Both the position numbers and the translations under genes were made by a program. A stretch of 64,000 nt of DNA from an uncultured Bacteroidales bacterium (GTDB lineage Bacteria; Bacteroidota; Bacteroidia; Bacteroidales; GCA-2748055): assembly GCA_963732905.1 (NCBI GenBank), contig CAVTBM010000011.1:12686-76685 (forward strand), written 5' to 3'. A model generated the notes under the pieces. The model made no database searches and was not told the origin of the DNA. It saw only the letters and a list, made by a program, of their open reading frames with translations. Shown piece after piece: positions 1 through 9,980 of this stretch (positions are counted from its first letter, which is position 1; each line of letters opens with the position of its first letter).

Positions 1-1
1 T

Positions 2-3000
2 GACAAAAACGGAACAATATGGCTGGCCACCACCAATTGTGGCATCATTAATCTGGATCCTTCAGATCTTACCGTAAATAAACTCCTTGCTCCCACTGAT
101 GATCATCCCTACTCACTCTCCGGCAGCGAATTTAATACAGTTATAAGCGATAAGGATGAAAATGTCTGGATCGGATCAGTAAATGGTGCTATAAGCGTTT
201 ACGACAAAAATTCAGGACGATTCACCAGGTACAGGCCGGATACCAGGATTCCTCTAAACAGCTGGACTATAATCTCCATGTTTGAAGATTCAAAAAATGA
301 TATTTGGATTGGTTTCATTGGAGGCCTGGCAAAATACACGCCGACAGAAAAAGAAATAATTCATTATTACAGTAACCCAAACGATCCGGACGGCTTTCCA
401 AGTGATTATGTTAATTGCATCACAGAAGACAAATACCATAATTTATGGTTCGCTTCCTCAAATACGTACAAAGGTCTCGTTGTTCTTGAAAATGGATCAG
501 ACAGCTTTACCACTGTAAAATTAGTTGAACATGACAATCCTGTATCTGTCAAAACCATTTTTGCAGATGATACCATTCTGTGGCTGGGATCTGAACAGAA
601 AGGTCTTGTCAGGTTTGACATCAATACGCGAAAAATACTGAAGATTTATAATACAGAAGACGGCTTACCCAATAATAATATTTGCGGGATACTAAAAGAT
701 AAGAACAGTAACTTGTGGATAAGCACATTCAGGGGCATCTCAAAATTTAATATCCGGGAAAAATCATTTCGTAATTATACTGGCGACGACGGTTTACAAA
801 GCAATCAGTTTAACTATAACTCCTGCTGTGAATTCCCCGACGGCCGAATGGCTTTTGGTGGTGTAAAGGGTCTTAACATTTTCTATCCCGACAGTATCAG
901 GGATAATCCTTTTACCTCCAGGACTTATCTTACAGGGTTTAAAATATCCAATAAAACGATAAATCCGGGGGATACGGTCAATGGCAGGATTATTCTGAAA
1001 AAAAATATTGAAAACCTTAAAGAACTTCAACTGTCATACAAAGAATCAGATATCAGTTTTGAATTTGTCGGCTTGCACTATGCCTCGCCTAAAAACAATC
1101 AATACGCCTACATGCTTGAAGGTTATGATGAGGGATGGATCCCAACCCCTTCTTCCAAACGATATGTTACTTATACGAACCTGCCGGCAGGGAATTACAT
1201 CTTCCGCGTCAAATCTTCCAACAACGATGGCCTGTGGTGCAAACCTGAAGAAGAAGTTGCATTGAATATAACCATTACCCCTCCCTTCTGGAAAACCTTG
1301 TGGTTTAATGTAATGGCTGTATTGATTATTCTGGCATCAGTGTATAGCTGGTACTTATTGCGCACCAGGCATCTCAGGCTTCAGAAAATTGTTTTGGAAC
1401 GAATGGTTGAAGAACGTACAGCACTTATCAATGAACAAAAAGAAGAACTGATAAGTCAGAAAGAAGATTTACAGATGCAAAAAGAAGAATTGGCAACTCA
1501 GGCTGACAATCTTCAGGAAACCAATATCTTACTGAAGGAACACAGTGATGATCTGGAGGTATTCTCAAAAAAATTAAGGCAACAGGGCGAAGACTTAAGC
1601 AAGGCAAATGATGAACTCTTAAATCTGAATGCTACCAAGGACAGGCTTTTCTCTATCATTGCCCATGATCTCAGAAACCCGTTCCAGACCATCATTGGCC
1701 TCTCTGATAACCTGGTTCATAAGGTTAGTGAATTGGCGGAAGATAAAAAGCAGGAAATTCTGGGTAACATCAGCAATTCGTCCAGACATGCCTTCGACCT
1801 GCTTGAAAATTTACTGGAATGGGCCAGGTCCCAGACCAACAAGGTGAGATTCAACCAGGTCGATTTTACATTGCTGCCCGTTTGCCTGCGGGTCAAACAA
1901 TTACTGGCCCTGCAGACCTTAAAAAAGAATATCACTCTTGAGGTAAATGTCAGCGGGGAGACAATGGTGTACGGCGATTCTTCTATGGTTGAAACGATAA
2001 TCAGGAATATCGCAGGCAATGCTGTTAAGTTCACCCCGGATCATGGGAAAGTCAGTATAAATGCGGAAACTGTGGACGGATTCACGGTCATTTCGGTTAG
2101 TGATTCGGGATTAGGGATGACACAGGAGACTATCGACAAACTCTTCCGGATTGATGTAACGCATGTTGAAGCCGGAACTGCCGGAGAGAAAGGTACCGGC
2201 CTGGGATTAATCCTGTGTAAAGAATTTACAGAGCGGAATAACGGTGAGTTAACCGTGAAAAGTACACCGGGGAAAGGCAGCACCTTCAGCATCAGGCTTC
2301 CGGCAAGCAAACTGGTTGTTGATCAACTCCTGTCAACAAAGGATCACAATACACAGAATCCAACTATTTACCAGGAAATTCCGGAAGGACTTCAGGATAC
2401 TACCGGCAGGATCAAATACCGGGTGCTGATCGCTGAAGACAATGTAAACATCCGGAATAACCTGGTTGCCAATCTTGAAGAACGATTCTTTGTCATTACG
2501 GCCGATAATGGCGAAGAAGCGCTGCAATTAACCTATTCAGAAATGCCGGACCTTGTGGTCACAGATGTGATGATGCCGAAAATGGACGGCTTTGAATTGT
2601 GCAGCCATATTAAAAATGATCTGCAGATAAACCACATCCCTGTGATCATCCTTACAGCCAGGGTTTCTGTTAACAGTCAGATTGCCGGGTTCGGTATCGG
2701 GGCAGACGAATACCTTACCAAACCGTTCAACCCTTCATTATTAAATGCCCGGATTGTAAATATCCTTGAAACAAGACAAAAACTCAAAGAGAAGTTCCTG
2801 AGAGAAATAAGTCTGAGTGCCAGGGATATTGCGACCTCTTCAAAAGATGAAGAGTTTCTGAACAAGGTCATAAGCTGTATTGAAGAGCACATTGATGATC
2901 CGAATCTTAATTTCGATCAGCTGGCAATGAAAATGGGACATAGCAGATCCAATTTCTACAAAAAAATTAAAGCAGTGACCAATCTTTCAGCAAACCTTTT

Positions 3001-3169
3001 CATCAGGACCGTCAGGTTGAAAAAGGCAGCCATCCTTCTGTCTGAAAAAAAACACTCCATATCCGAAGTTGCTTATAAAACAGGATTCTCATCTGCCAAT
3101 TATTTTTCAAAGCTGTTCACTAACCAATTTGGAATGTCCCCTTCAGAATTCATAAAAAGAAACACATAA
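2..3169 (+). CDS. Hybrid two-component sensor kinase/response regulator with AraC-type HTH output (HTCS-like); 5' end lies outside the window
   Basis: The frame is open from nt 2 (DKNGTIWLATT...), so the listed Met at 278 is internal. Domains seen by eye: periplasmic propeller/Y_Y_Y-like repeats (NLWFAS, NLWIST, YAYMLEGYDEGW), one TM helix, a coiled coil, H-box FSIIAHDLRNP, G-box GTGLGL, a receiver (LIAEDN...DVMMPKMDG) and a C-terminal AraC HTH (SEVAYKTGFSSANYFSKLF). Confidence 0.9.
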   Translation, partial: DKNGTIWLATTNCGIINLDPSDLTVNKLLAPTDDHPYSLSGSEFNTVISDKDENVWIGSVNGAISVYDKNSGRFTRYRPDTRIPLNSWTIISMFEDSKNDIWIGFIGGLAKYTPTEKEIIHYYSNPNDPDGFPSDYVNCITEDKYHNLWFASSNTYKGLVVLENGSDSFTTVKLVEHDNPVSVKTIFADDTILWLGSEQKGLVRFDINTRKILKIYNTEDGLPNNNICGILKDKNSNLWISTFRGISKFNIREKSFRNYTGDDGLQSNQFNYNSCCEFPDGRMAFGGVKGLNIFYPDSIRDNPFTSRTYLTGFKISNKTINPGDTVNGRIILKKNIENLKELQLSYKESDISFEFVGLHYASPKNNQYAYMLEGYDEGWIPTPSSKRYVTYTNLPAGNYIFRVKSSNNDGLWCKPEEEVALNITITPPFWKTLWFNVMAVLIILASVYSWYLLRTRHLRLQKIVLERMVEERTALINEQKEELISQKEDLQMQKEELATQADNLQETNILLKEHSDDLEVFSKKLRQQGEDLSKANDELLNLNATKDRLFSIIAHDLRNPFQTIIGLSDNLVHKVSELAEDKKQEILGNISNSSRHAFDLLENLLEWARSQTNKVRFNQVDFTLLPVCLRVKQLLALQTLKKNITLEVNVSGETMVYGDSSMVETIIRNIAGNAVKFTPDHGKVSINAETVDGFTVISVSDSGLGMTQETIDKLFRIDVTHVEAGTAGEKGTGLGLILCKEFTERNNGELTVKSTPGKGSTFSIRLPASKLVVDQLLSTKDHNTQNPTIYQEIPEGLQDTTGRIKYRVLIAEDNVNIRNNLVANLEERFFVITADNGEEALQLTYSEMPDLVVTDVMMPKMDGFELCSHIKNDLQINHIPVIILTARVSVNSQIAGFGIGADEYLTKPFNPSLLNARIVNILETRQKLKEKFLREISLSARDIATSSKDEEFLNKVISCIEEHIDDPNLNFDQLAMKMGHSRSNFYKKIKAVTNLSANLFIRTVRLKKAAILLSEKKHSISEVAYKTGFSSANYFSKLFTNQFGMSPSEFIKRNT

Positions 3170-3318
3170 TCAATCCTTCATCTGGAAAAAACGGACAACC
3201 TGATAACCCCATTGCAGTTCAAAATCCTAAGCCGGGTAATGCTGCCGGCCATGATTAATTTTCACATCTGAAATTACTGTCCTAAATTTGGGAAACATAT
3301 ACTTTAAAACCCGGTATT

Positions 3319-4332
3319 ATGCGTTCAATAAAACATCTTCTTCTAACTGTCCTGATTTGTTTAATGTGCTCCTTTTCCTCAAATGCTCAGAGCAAAAGTG
3401 TATTGACGATCAAAGGAACCGGTTTTGAATTGAATGGAAAACCCTTTGAATTTACGGGTATCAGTTTTTTCAATGCTCTTTATAATCCTGAATTCAATAA
3501 ATCCAATGATAGTCGCCGGAAATGGATTCAGGAATTCAATAATTATGGCATAAATGTATTCCGGGTCTGGTGCCAGTGGGATAATGCCCGCGGATTCGTT
3601 GATGCCGGCAAAGATCAGACCATGTATATGCCGGATGGAACGATTAAACCCGGGCCGCTTTCGCGGTTAACAGACCTGCTAAAAATGGCAGATGAAGAAA
3701 ATACGGTAATCCTTTTAGTGCTTTTCTCCAAGGAAAGCTGGCAGGAAAATATCAGGCTGAGTAATGAAGCTTCGGATCAGGCTGTTGCAGCCCTCACAAA
3801 AGAGCTCAAGCCATTCAGGAACCTTATTTTTGAAGTATGGAATGAATTCGACAACAGGACACTGGATTATTTTAATATCATAAAAAGCATTGATCCTGAC
3901 AGAATCGTGACGAATTCCCCGGGTTATGCCGGAGAGCTGGGGAGCATGGCAGAAAACAGGTTACTCGACTACCTGTCGCCCCACACCACCCGCGAAGACG
4001 ATCGTCACTGGGAAGTAGCCGGCAAAGAAATTGAATATCTTATTGAGAAGTATAACAAACCCGTTGTGGATGATGAACCGGCCCGTAAAGGGACGCCAAA
4101 ATTCGGGGGTCCGAAAAGCCCTACCCTGCCGACAGATCAGATCATACATATTTATAACGTCTGGAAAGCAGGCGGCTACATCATCTATCATCATGATATG
4201 TTCCAAATCGGCACCGACAGAGAATCTGTTCCTCTTAACGGCATTCCGGCACCCGGATTCAGTGAATACCACGACCAGGTATTCAACTTTCTGAAAAATA
4301 AGGAGAGGTATTTAAAGGAAATCAGGAAATAA
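3319..4332 (+). CDS. Secreted glycoside hydrolase, clan GH-A TIM barrel (GH5-like)
   Basis: Signal peptide (LLTVLICLMCSFSSNAQS). Acid/base-type NE in IFEVWNEFDN and a second acidic motif VVDDEPARKG. Family assigned by eye only. Confidence 0.55.
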   Translation: MRSIKHLLLTVLICLMCSFSSNAQSKSVLTIKGTGFELNGKPFEFTGISFFNALYNPEFNKSNDSRRKWIQEFNNYGINVFRVWCQWDNARGFVDAGKDQTMYMPDGTIKPGPLSRLTDLLKMADEENTVILLVLFSKESWQENIRLSNEASDQAVAALTKELKPFRNLIFEVWNEFDNRTLDYFNIIKSIDPDRIVTNSPGYAGELGSMAENRLLDYLSPHTTREDDRHWEVAGKEIEYLIEKYNKPVVDDEPARKGTPKFGGPKSPTLPTDQIIHIYNVWKAGGYIIYHHDMFQIGTDRESVPLNGIPAPGFSEYHDQVFNFLKNKERYLKEIRK

Positions 4333-4346
4333 GTTCAGCCCTGCTA

Positions 4347-6827
4347 TCAATATACCGTGATCTTTGCGTAATAATAATGTCCGGAAGAACCTGCGATGAC
4401 CAGGTACATGCCTTTTTGAACCATACTGATATCCATTTCTCCATGACTTTCCAGGGCAGGGATTTCGCCAGTCGATAAAAGCTTTCCTTCCATCGTGTAA
4501 ACAAAGATCCTTCTATCCTTATTCTCAGGAAGCATGGAATAGTATAATCGACCGTTCGAATACCAGATTTTGACATCATCCATGTGATTTTCCCCTGCAG
4601 AACTTACCTGGTTCAGAAGGGTGACGGTTATTTCTCCGAAGATCTCCGGATCAGACTCCGATGTGGCTCTCACCGTTACCTGTCCGTTCTCCCCTCCGGC
4701 AGCTGTCAGCAGTCCGTATGGATCTATGATTGCAAGAGTCAGCCCTTCTGATACCGACCATACAACTTTTTTCGAGGATGCATTTTCCGGAAGGACGACG
4801 GCTTCAACCTGCAGGGATCCCATGAGGCTGTCAATAACCGTATCCGCAGCCGAGAGTTCAATTTCAGTAACCGGTACCTGGTTGGTGATCTGAACAGACA
4901 GCTCTTTGTAAATCCCCGAACCGTCCGTTGCCGATACCCTTACCGTTACATCCCCGTCACCGGTTCCGCTGGCCTGCAGCAAACCTTCCTGGTTGATGGT
5001 CGCTATCCCGCTGTCATTCATGATTTCCCAGATGAGGTCTTTATGATAAGCTCCTTCAGGCAAAACAGTAGCCGTAAACTGGATACTTCCCAGGCGTTCT
5101 TGTATAATCATGGCAGATGCTGCAACGGAAATGGATTCCACCAGCACCTGGTTGATTACGGTGATGGTTGTATCAGCATATTTTCCCGAACCGTCAGTTG
5201 CCATGGCCCTTAACGTTACCATACCATCAGCCGAACCTTTAGCAATAAGGAGTCCGTCCTGTGTGATCCCTGCGATCTGATCATTTTGAATAACCTGCCA
5301 GAAAAGAGCCTTGTCGGTAGCCCCGGCGGGAAAAACTTCCGCTTCGATCTGCACAGAATCAAGGCGTGTCTCAATGGTGTCGGAAACCGGATGTAAGATG
5401 ACGGAATCGACAGGAATAATTACCTGGGGTTCCTTCGAAAGGCTTAGGGAGAATGTTGCAATCGCTTTGGGTGAGATGTCCGTCAGTTTGTCTTTCTTAT
5501 CACCCTTATACTCACAATTCTCCGTTCCGGAAGTGACATACAGGTCCGCCCTGTCGATGGAATATCCCGGAATTTCCGGTTTACAGATGAGGTTATCACT
5601 CAATGAACGGTTTATAACGAGAACGGCAGCAGAATCTTCATCCCGGCTTATGAATGCAGCGACGACCGAATTTTCCCCTGTTATGGAAGCCGCGATCCGT
5701 TTCCATCCCGGGTGAATGAATGCCGAATATTGTTTGAAGGCGAAAAATTCCTTCGTCCGTGTGAAGCCGTAGGGATGTGTCCATTGGGAACGGTCCCACG
5801 GAAAATCCAGGCTGATGAGTCCGGAGCCGTCCCAGGCCAGGTCCCAGTACAGGTAAGCGGCCGCGTTTTCCACGGATAATGACATGTACATCATTCCCGC
5901 GACGGACCACCAGTCGCCACGGGAATATTCCGACTGAAAATGCGGTAGCTCAGAATGGTAGTTGCCCACCTTACTGAAATCTGTGCTTGTAAAAGGATTA
6001 TTTTCATCCACACCGTGGTAGAGGTGATGAGCTATGGCATAGATTTTTGACAGATCCATCGCATTACAGTAATTCTCCACTACATTGTAACCGATCCCGA
6101 TGGTCTCCGGTCCGATCAATTCAGGGATCACGGTTCTGGTCTGTATGGTGTCGTACACCGCTGAAAGCGCTTTATTGTATCCGGCGATGGTATCGGTGAA
6201 ATTGACGGTTTCAGAGGGATTCAGGCGGCAGGATTCATAGGACGCGGTCCAGTCGGGTTCATTCTGAATGCTTATGTAATCGGGGAAGATCCCATGGGCA
6301 TTGTATTCATCCAGGGAAGCGTTCCACCAGTGGGCAAAGCCGGCATAGTCAAACTCCACCTTCCCGCCGGTAACGGCATACTTAATGGTTCCCCCGTTAC
6401 TCCTGTTATTATTGCTTTTTAAAGATGCAGGAGGTCCCCACGAAGTTGAAAGCACGGCAATGGGTTTCCCGCGTACCGATTCAGCAGCCTGCACAAATTC
6501 GACTGCCCTGTCAATCATCCCCGGATCATAATCGTGAGCATTCCGGAGGCGCAGGATGTCCAGTCCCAGTTCACCAAACAGGGCATCATAGATCATGCTC
6601 TTGTTGGGATGGGCAGTCACCCAGCCTTCATAATATGCGAGGCTCCCTCCAAAACCCGTGATGGTCTGATACGTAACAGCCGTATCTATGGTGATGGTAT
6701 CATAAGACTGGCAATTGGATGGAACGGAAAATAAAAAGAAAAGAACCGGAATCAACACGAATGATCTGGTCTTCAAAAACAAGCCCTTAATTTTGGGGAA
6801 CAGTTTCATCATGAATAGCAGTTTCAC
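4347..6827 (-). CDS. GH30-family glycosidase with three Big_2-like Ig repeats and a T9SS C-terminal sorting domain
   Basis: Signal peptide. ITGFGGSLAYYEGW and ISIQNEPDW motifs are typical of GH30. Three ~85-aa repeats (A.VLP..A..K...W.V.......I...GLL.A.G.GDG.VTVRA.ATDGSG). Beta-rich tail ending GMYLVIAGSSGHYYYAKITVY resembles a Por/T9SS CTD. Confidence 0.8.
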   Translation of the reverse strand: MKLLFMMKLFPKIKGLFLKTRSFVLIPVLFFLFSVPSNCQSYDTITIDTAVTYQTITGFGGSLAYYEGWVTAHPNKSMIYDALFGELGLDILRLRNAHDYDPGMIDRAVEFVQAAESVRGKPIAVLSTSWGPPASLKSNNNRSNGGTIKYAVTGGKVEFDYAGFAHWWNASLDEYNAHGIFPDYISIQNEPDWTASYESCRLNPSETVNFTDTIAGYNKALSAVYDTIQTRTVIPELIGPETIGIGYNVVENYCNAMDLSKIYAIAHHLYHGVDENNPFTSTDFSKVGNYHSELPHFQSEYSRGDWWSVAGMMYMSLSVENAAAYLYWDLAWDGSGLISLDFPWDRSQWTHPYGFTRTKEFFAFKQYSAFIHPGWKRIAASITGENSVVAAFISRDEDSAAVLVINRSLSDNLICKPEIPGYSIDRADLYVTSGTENCEYKGDKKDKLTDISPKAIATFSLSLSKEPQVIIPVDSVILHPVSDTIETRLDSVQIEAEVFPAGATDKALFWQVIQNDQIAGITQDGLLIAKGSADGMVTLRAMATDGSGKYADTTITVINQVLVESISVAASAMIIQERLGSIQFTATVLPEGAYHKDLIWEIMNDSGIATINQEGLLQASGTGDGDVTVRVSATDGSGIYKELSVQITNQVPVTEIELSAADTVIDSLMGSLQVEAVVLPENASSKKVVWSVSEGLTLAIIDPYGLLTAAGGENGQVTVRATSESDPEIFGEITVTLLNQVSSAGENHMDDVKIWYSNGRLYYSMLPENKDRRIFVYTMEGKLLSTGEIPALESHGEMDISMVQKGMYLVIAGSSGHYYYAKITVY

Positions 6828-6854
6828 TTACCGTCAGTAGTTTCGTACCCAGGA

Positions 6855-7241
6855 GTGCGGGGTTTAGAAGCCAAGATAATAAAATATAAAAGATTTAAAA
6901 ATTTGAGGAACCAATTTGGCACCTTAAGTTGGGGTGGCGTTCGTTATGCCCCAATGGCTTTTACAGAACAGGGTGTAGCCATGCTATCAAGTGCTTTAAA
7001 CAGCCAAAGAGTCATCGCTGTAAACATCCAAATTATACGGATCTTCACTAAAATGCGGGAGTTGTTTTCTACTCATAAAGAAATCCTTCAAAAACTTAAA
7101 CAGCTGTAGAAAAAAGACATAGATCAGGATGAAAAGATCATATTGATTTTTGAATATCTAAAGCAACCGGAAAAAGCCAAACAGGAAGAACCGGACCAAA
7201 AAAATCGCACCTCCATAGGTTACAAGCAAAACAAAAAGTAA
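6855..7241 (+). pseudogene. ORF6N-domain gene fragment: 5'-truncated, with an in-frame TAG
   Basis: WGGVRYAPMAFTEQGVAMLSSALNSQRVIAVNIQIIRIFTKMRE matches the ORF6N core. The N-terminal ~60 aa are missing because the fragment abuts the GH30 start. After TAG at 7107-7109 the same frame continues (KKDIDQDEKIILIFEYLKQ...) to TAA 7239-7241. Confidence 0.65.
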
Positions 7242-7525
7242 TAGTCACCCCCTTCACCTTCCACATATCCGACCCTTCTGCCCCCGATCCCTATCAGGGT
7301 TAGCTTTGGATGTTGCTTAAGAGGTGAAAATGAGGTGGTGCGTTCAGATGATCCGGAGATGAGTTCCTGGATTTTTTCTTTTAACTAAACGGCTAAGCCC
7401 TCATAGCCTGCCCCATTTTAACGGGGAACACCCCTAAAAAATCAATGAAAAGATGAATAACTAATTAAAAACACACAAAAATCTTCAGTTAAAGAGCTCA
7501 ATTAAAAGTCTTCTTGCGATAAAGC

Positions 7526-7556
7526 TTTGGCAGATATTAAAAAAATGCTAATTTTA
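7526..7556 (+). promoter_or_regulatory. Promoter-like box TTTG-N19-TAATTTTA
   Basis: TTTG at 7526-7529 and TAATTTTA at 7549-7556, a 7/8 match to the Bacteroidota -7 consensus TAnnTTTG, with a 19-nt spacer. Identical in all three module copies. Confidence 0.35.
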
Positions 7557-7577
7557 ATCTACGATAGTGTTCGTCCC

Positions 7578-7610
7578 AAACCTGACAGGTTTTAAAAACC
7601 TGTCAGGTTT
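7578..7610. promoter_or_regulatory. Perfect 15-bp stem / 3-nt loop hairpin AAACCTGACAGGTTT-TAA-AAACCTGTCAGGTTT
   Basis: Arms 7578-7592 and 7596-7610 are exact reverse complements. The hairpin lies 21 nt after the -7-like box and 23 nt before ATG 7634. Confidence 0.85.
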
Positions 7611-7633
7611 AGGATGTACTGTTTGATGAAGGC

Positions 7634-8646
7634 ATGATCAACATGAAAAACCAAACGCCTGAATACGAGTATTTTTTAAGGTACCATCCCGGCAATACAC
7701 GTGTTGTATTGAATACAGAAGCACAATTTGTAGAACAACACGATTATTACCCGTTTGGTATGGAGTTCGCCGGACGACAGGGAGGGGATATCAAATACCG
7801 CTATGACGGTAAGGAGCTGCAGGATATGGAAATCGGGGGAAAAGGATTGGATTGGTACGATTACGGGGCACGATTTTATGATTCCCGCATGGGGAAGTGG
7901 AATTCTCAAGAACCTAAAGCCGAATGTTATTATCAACAATCTTTATATATTTATTCAGGGAATAATCCAATATTATTCCATGATTTTGATGGGAATGATT
8001 ACGGCGTTACCATTGATCAAGGGTCAAAAACCATTACCATCAGTGCAGTATATTTATCCGACAAAAAAGGCATGCCAACATTAAGATGATCAGTTAATGA
8101 AATTAATAATTTAAGTGGCAAATATGTTTTTGTGCCAGGTGGAAAAGCTGCAATCAAGACTGGGCAGACAAATGCATATTCTGTCAATTTTCAACTTACT
8201 ACCGACATAGCTGAAGAAAATGCAACTTTTACCGACCAAAATACTGGAGAAACAGTTACATATGGATCCCAAGCGGACAAAATAGCAACTGACGATAACT
8301 CCGGGGTAGTAAATAGCTATAATATCGTTGAGAATGACGATACACCTAAAGCTGGGGGAGCTGGATCAAATCAAATAGATGTTGAATTATCATCCTCAAA
8401 ATCAACTTCGTTTCTAAGCATGAAATTGGACATACTTTAGGAATGGGGCATAGTTCTGGTATTATGGCTCCAGTAGGAGCTGCTGGAAATTTTGATGCGG
8501 GACAAATTCAACAAACCTTGTCAGGTGTAAATATTGGTGGCAACAAACGAAGTGATCCAAATGCCCCTGGAATTGGTAAGATGCTCGGTGGTCAAACAAA
8601 TGAAGGACTTGAAAATGGTCGAGTAATGTCTACAAAAAGACGATGA
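7634..8646 (+). pseudogene. Orphan Rhs/YD C-terminal tip 1 with a metzincin-like metallopeptidase toxin domain (nonsense plus frameshift)
   Basis: RHS core end: EYEYFLRYHPGNTRVVLNTEAQFVEQHDYYPFGMEFAGRQGGDIKYRYDGKELQD...[13 protein letters not shown]. In-frame TGA at 8087-8089, after which the same frame continues to 8440. A frame switch near 8390-8415 leads into the 8389-8646 frame, which encodes HEIGHTLGMGH (8419-8451), an exact HExxHxxGxxH motif. Confidence 0.75.
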
Positions 8647-8675
8647 AAGATTAATGAGAAGATATAAACGGAAAA

Positions 8676-9187
8676 ATGAAAATTAATCATCTTAGAACAA
8701 TCTTAATGTCTGTATTATTAAGTACAGTTAACAATTTTACTTCAGGTCAAACAATATTTGTACCTGAACAAAATGCACTGTTTTTTTTATGGACTCTGTT
8801 TGTCCTGACTATATTAGTACCGATTCAAGAATTTTATTTAATGGAATCGTTAGTCCTAAGCTATCTTATTTTCCAAAACCTTATGGTTGTTTTAACGATA
8901 AAGCATTATTCATTGGATTATTAATAAATTCTCAAAAAAATGATTCATTGAACTATACTAAAAGTATTATCGAATTTCAAGATAAAAAATACTCTTTGTT
9001 AAAATATTCTAAAAAAAGTAATTTAAGAAGACGGCAGTTTGTTATGAAAATTTATCGATCTTCAAAATATAACGAAAATGAATATGTTTTAATTCGTCTT
9101 CAACGTATTGGAGAAACTCTTGATTTCTTTTTTGAACTGAATAAACATGGAAGAGTAATTAGATGGTGTCAAGGCGGCAAATTTTAA
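8676..9187 (+). pseudogene. Immunity-like secreted protein for tip 1, split at a T8 tract
   Basis: The signal-peptide-like start MKINHLRTILMSVLLSTVNNFTSGQ runs into T8 at 8781-8788. The remainder (MDSVCPDYISTD...GRVIRWCQGGKF) is in another frame. One extra T would fuse them into a single ~170-aa protein. Confidence 0.55.
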
Positions 9188-9293
9188 ATATTATTTTTTT
9201 TGTATGGAAATAGCCCTTTCCCAAGGTAGGATATTAAGTATCGTAATTTTGATAGAAAGTTATAAGATTATTTGCTTAATCGCTAAGCCAGGG

Positions 9294-9980
9294 GTGTATG
9301 ATTATGGGTTCCGGTTCTACGATCCTGCAATTGGTCGATTCCCGAGCCTGGATCCCAAAGGCAGATGAGTTTGAAAATCTTTCACCTTACAATTATGCTA
9401 GCAACAATCCCATTACCTGCATTGATTTATGGGGTTTGCAAGGCAAACCCGTAAATGAAATTCGAGATAAAAATGGGAATATTACGGCAGCGACAACTAC
9501 TGCGCAACAGACAACATATATCCCCCCTATTGTGGAATTTGATGTTCCTTTAAGTCAAAATTCTGGAGATAATTTCATTGATAAGGTTTCCGATAATTTA
9601 GGAAATTCATCATCTTTAGTTGAAGCCACTGGAATGATACTTGAAAATACTACCGTAACAAAAACTGGAGCAACTGCTGGAGCCGTAGTTGCTATTGTTA
9701 AAACTTCAGCTGATGCCGCTACAACAGATTTTAGTAATAGCGAAGAAACCGCTGATTTTTTTGAAAACACCACCCAAACTGCTGTTGAAACAGAGCCGGG
9801 CCATTGTGAGCAGCTGTAGATGTAATACTTGAAAATGGAAAAGATAAAAATGGATTGACAAATTTAGACATTGATAGAAAGGATGATGCCTATAGTACAA
9901 ATAAGGACCGACTGGATGCTTACAGTATAATTATGCAATACAACTCTTCAGGCGGATCAGATAAAGATAAGGAAAAATAA
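9294..9980 (+). pseudogene. Orphan Rhs tip fragment starting at (V)YDYGFRFYDP, frameshifted
   Basis: VYDYGFRFYDPAIGRFPSLDPK, then a 1-nt insertion relative to tip 3 (CCCAAAGGCAGAT vs CCAAAAGCAGAT), then ADEFENLSPYNYASNNPITCIDLWGLQGKPVNEIRDKNGNITAATT. TAG at 9817. A third frame is open from 9810 to the TAA at 9978-9980, which abuts the next ATG. Confidence 0.7.

Larger units (their letters stand above)
7245..7890 (+). repeat. Restart module copy 1 (C-rich leader, ~390 nt non-coding block, RHS core-end coding block)
   Basis: Alignable by eye with 12109-12780 and 17668-18360. This copy lacks the long palindrome (junction CCTTCTGC|CCCC near 7281). Confidence 0.85.

Noticed and set aside
7571-7585. 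tRNA-like T-arm (GTTCGTCCCAAAC) inside the restart modules
   Set aside because: No acceptor or anticodon arms can be drawn around it. It is simply the sequence leading into the perfect hairpin. I saw no tRNA, rRNA or tmRNA signature anywhere in the window.
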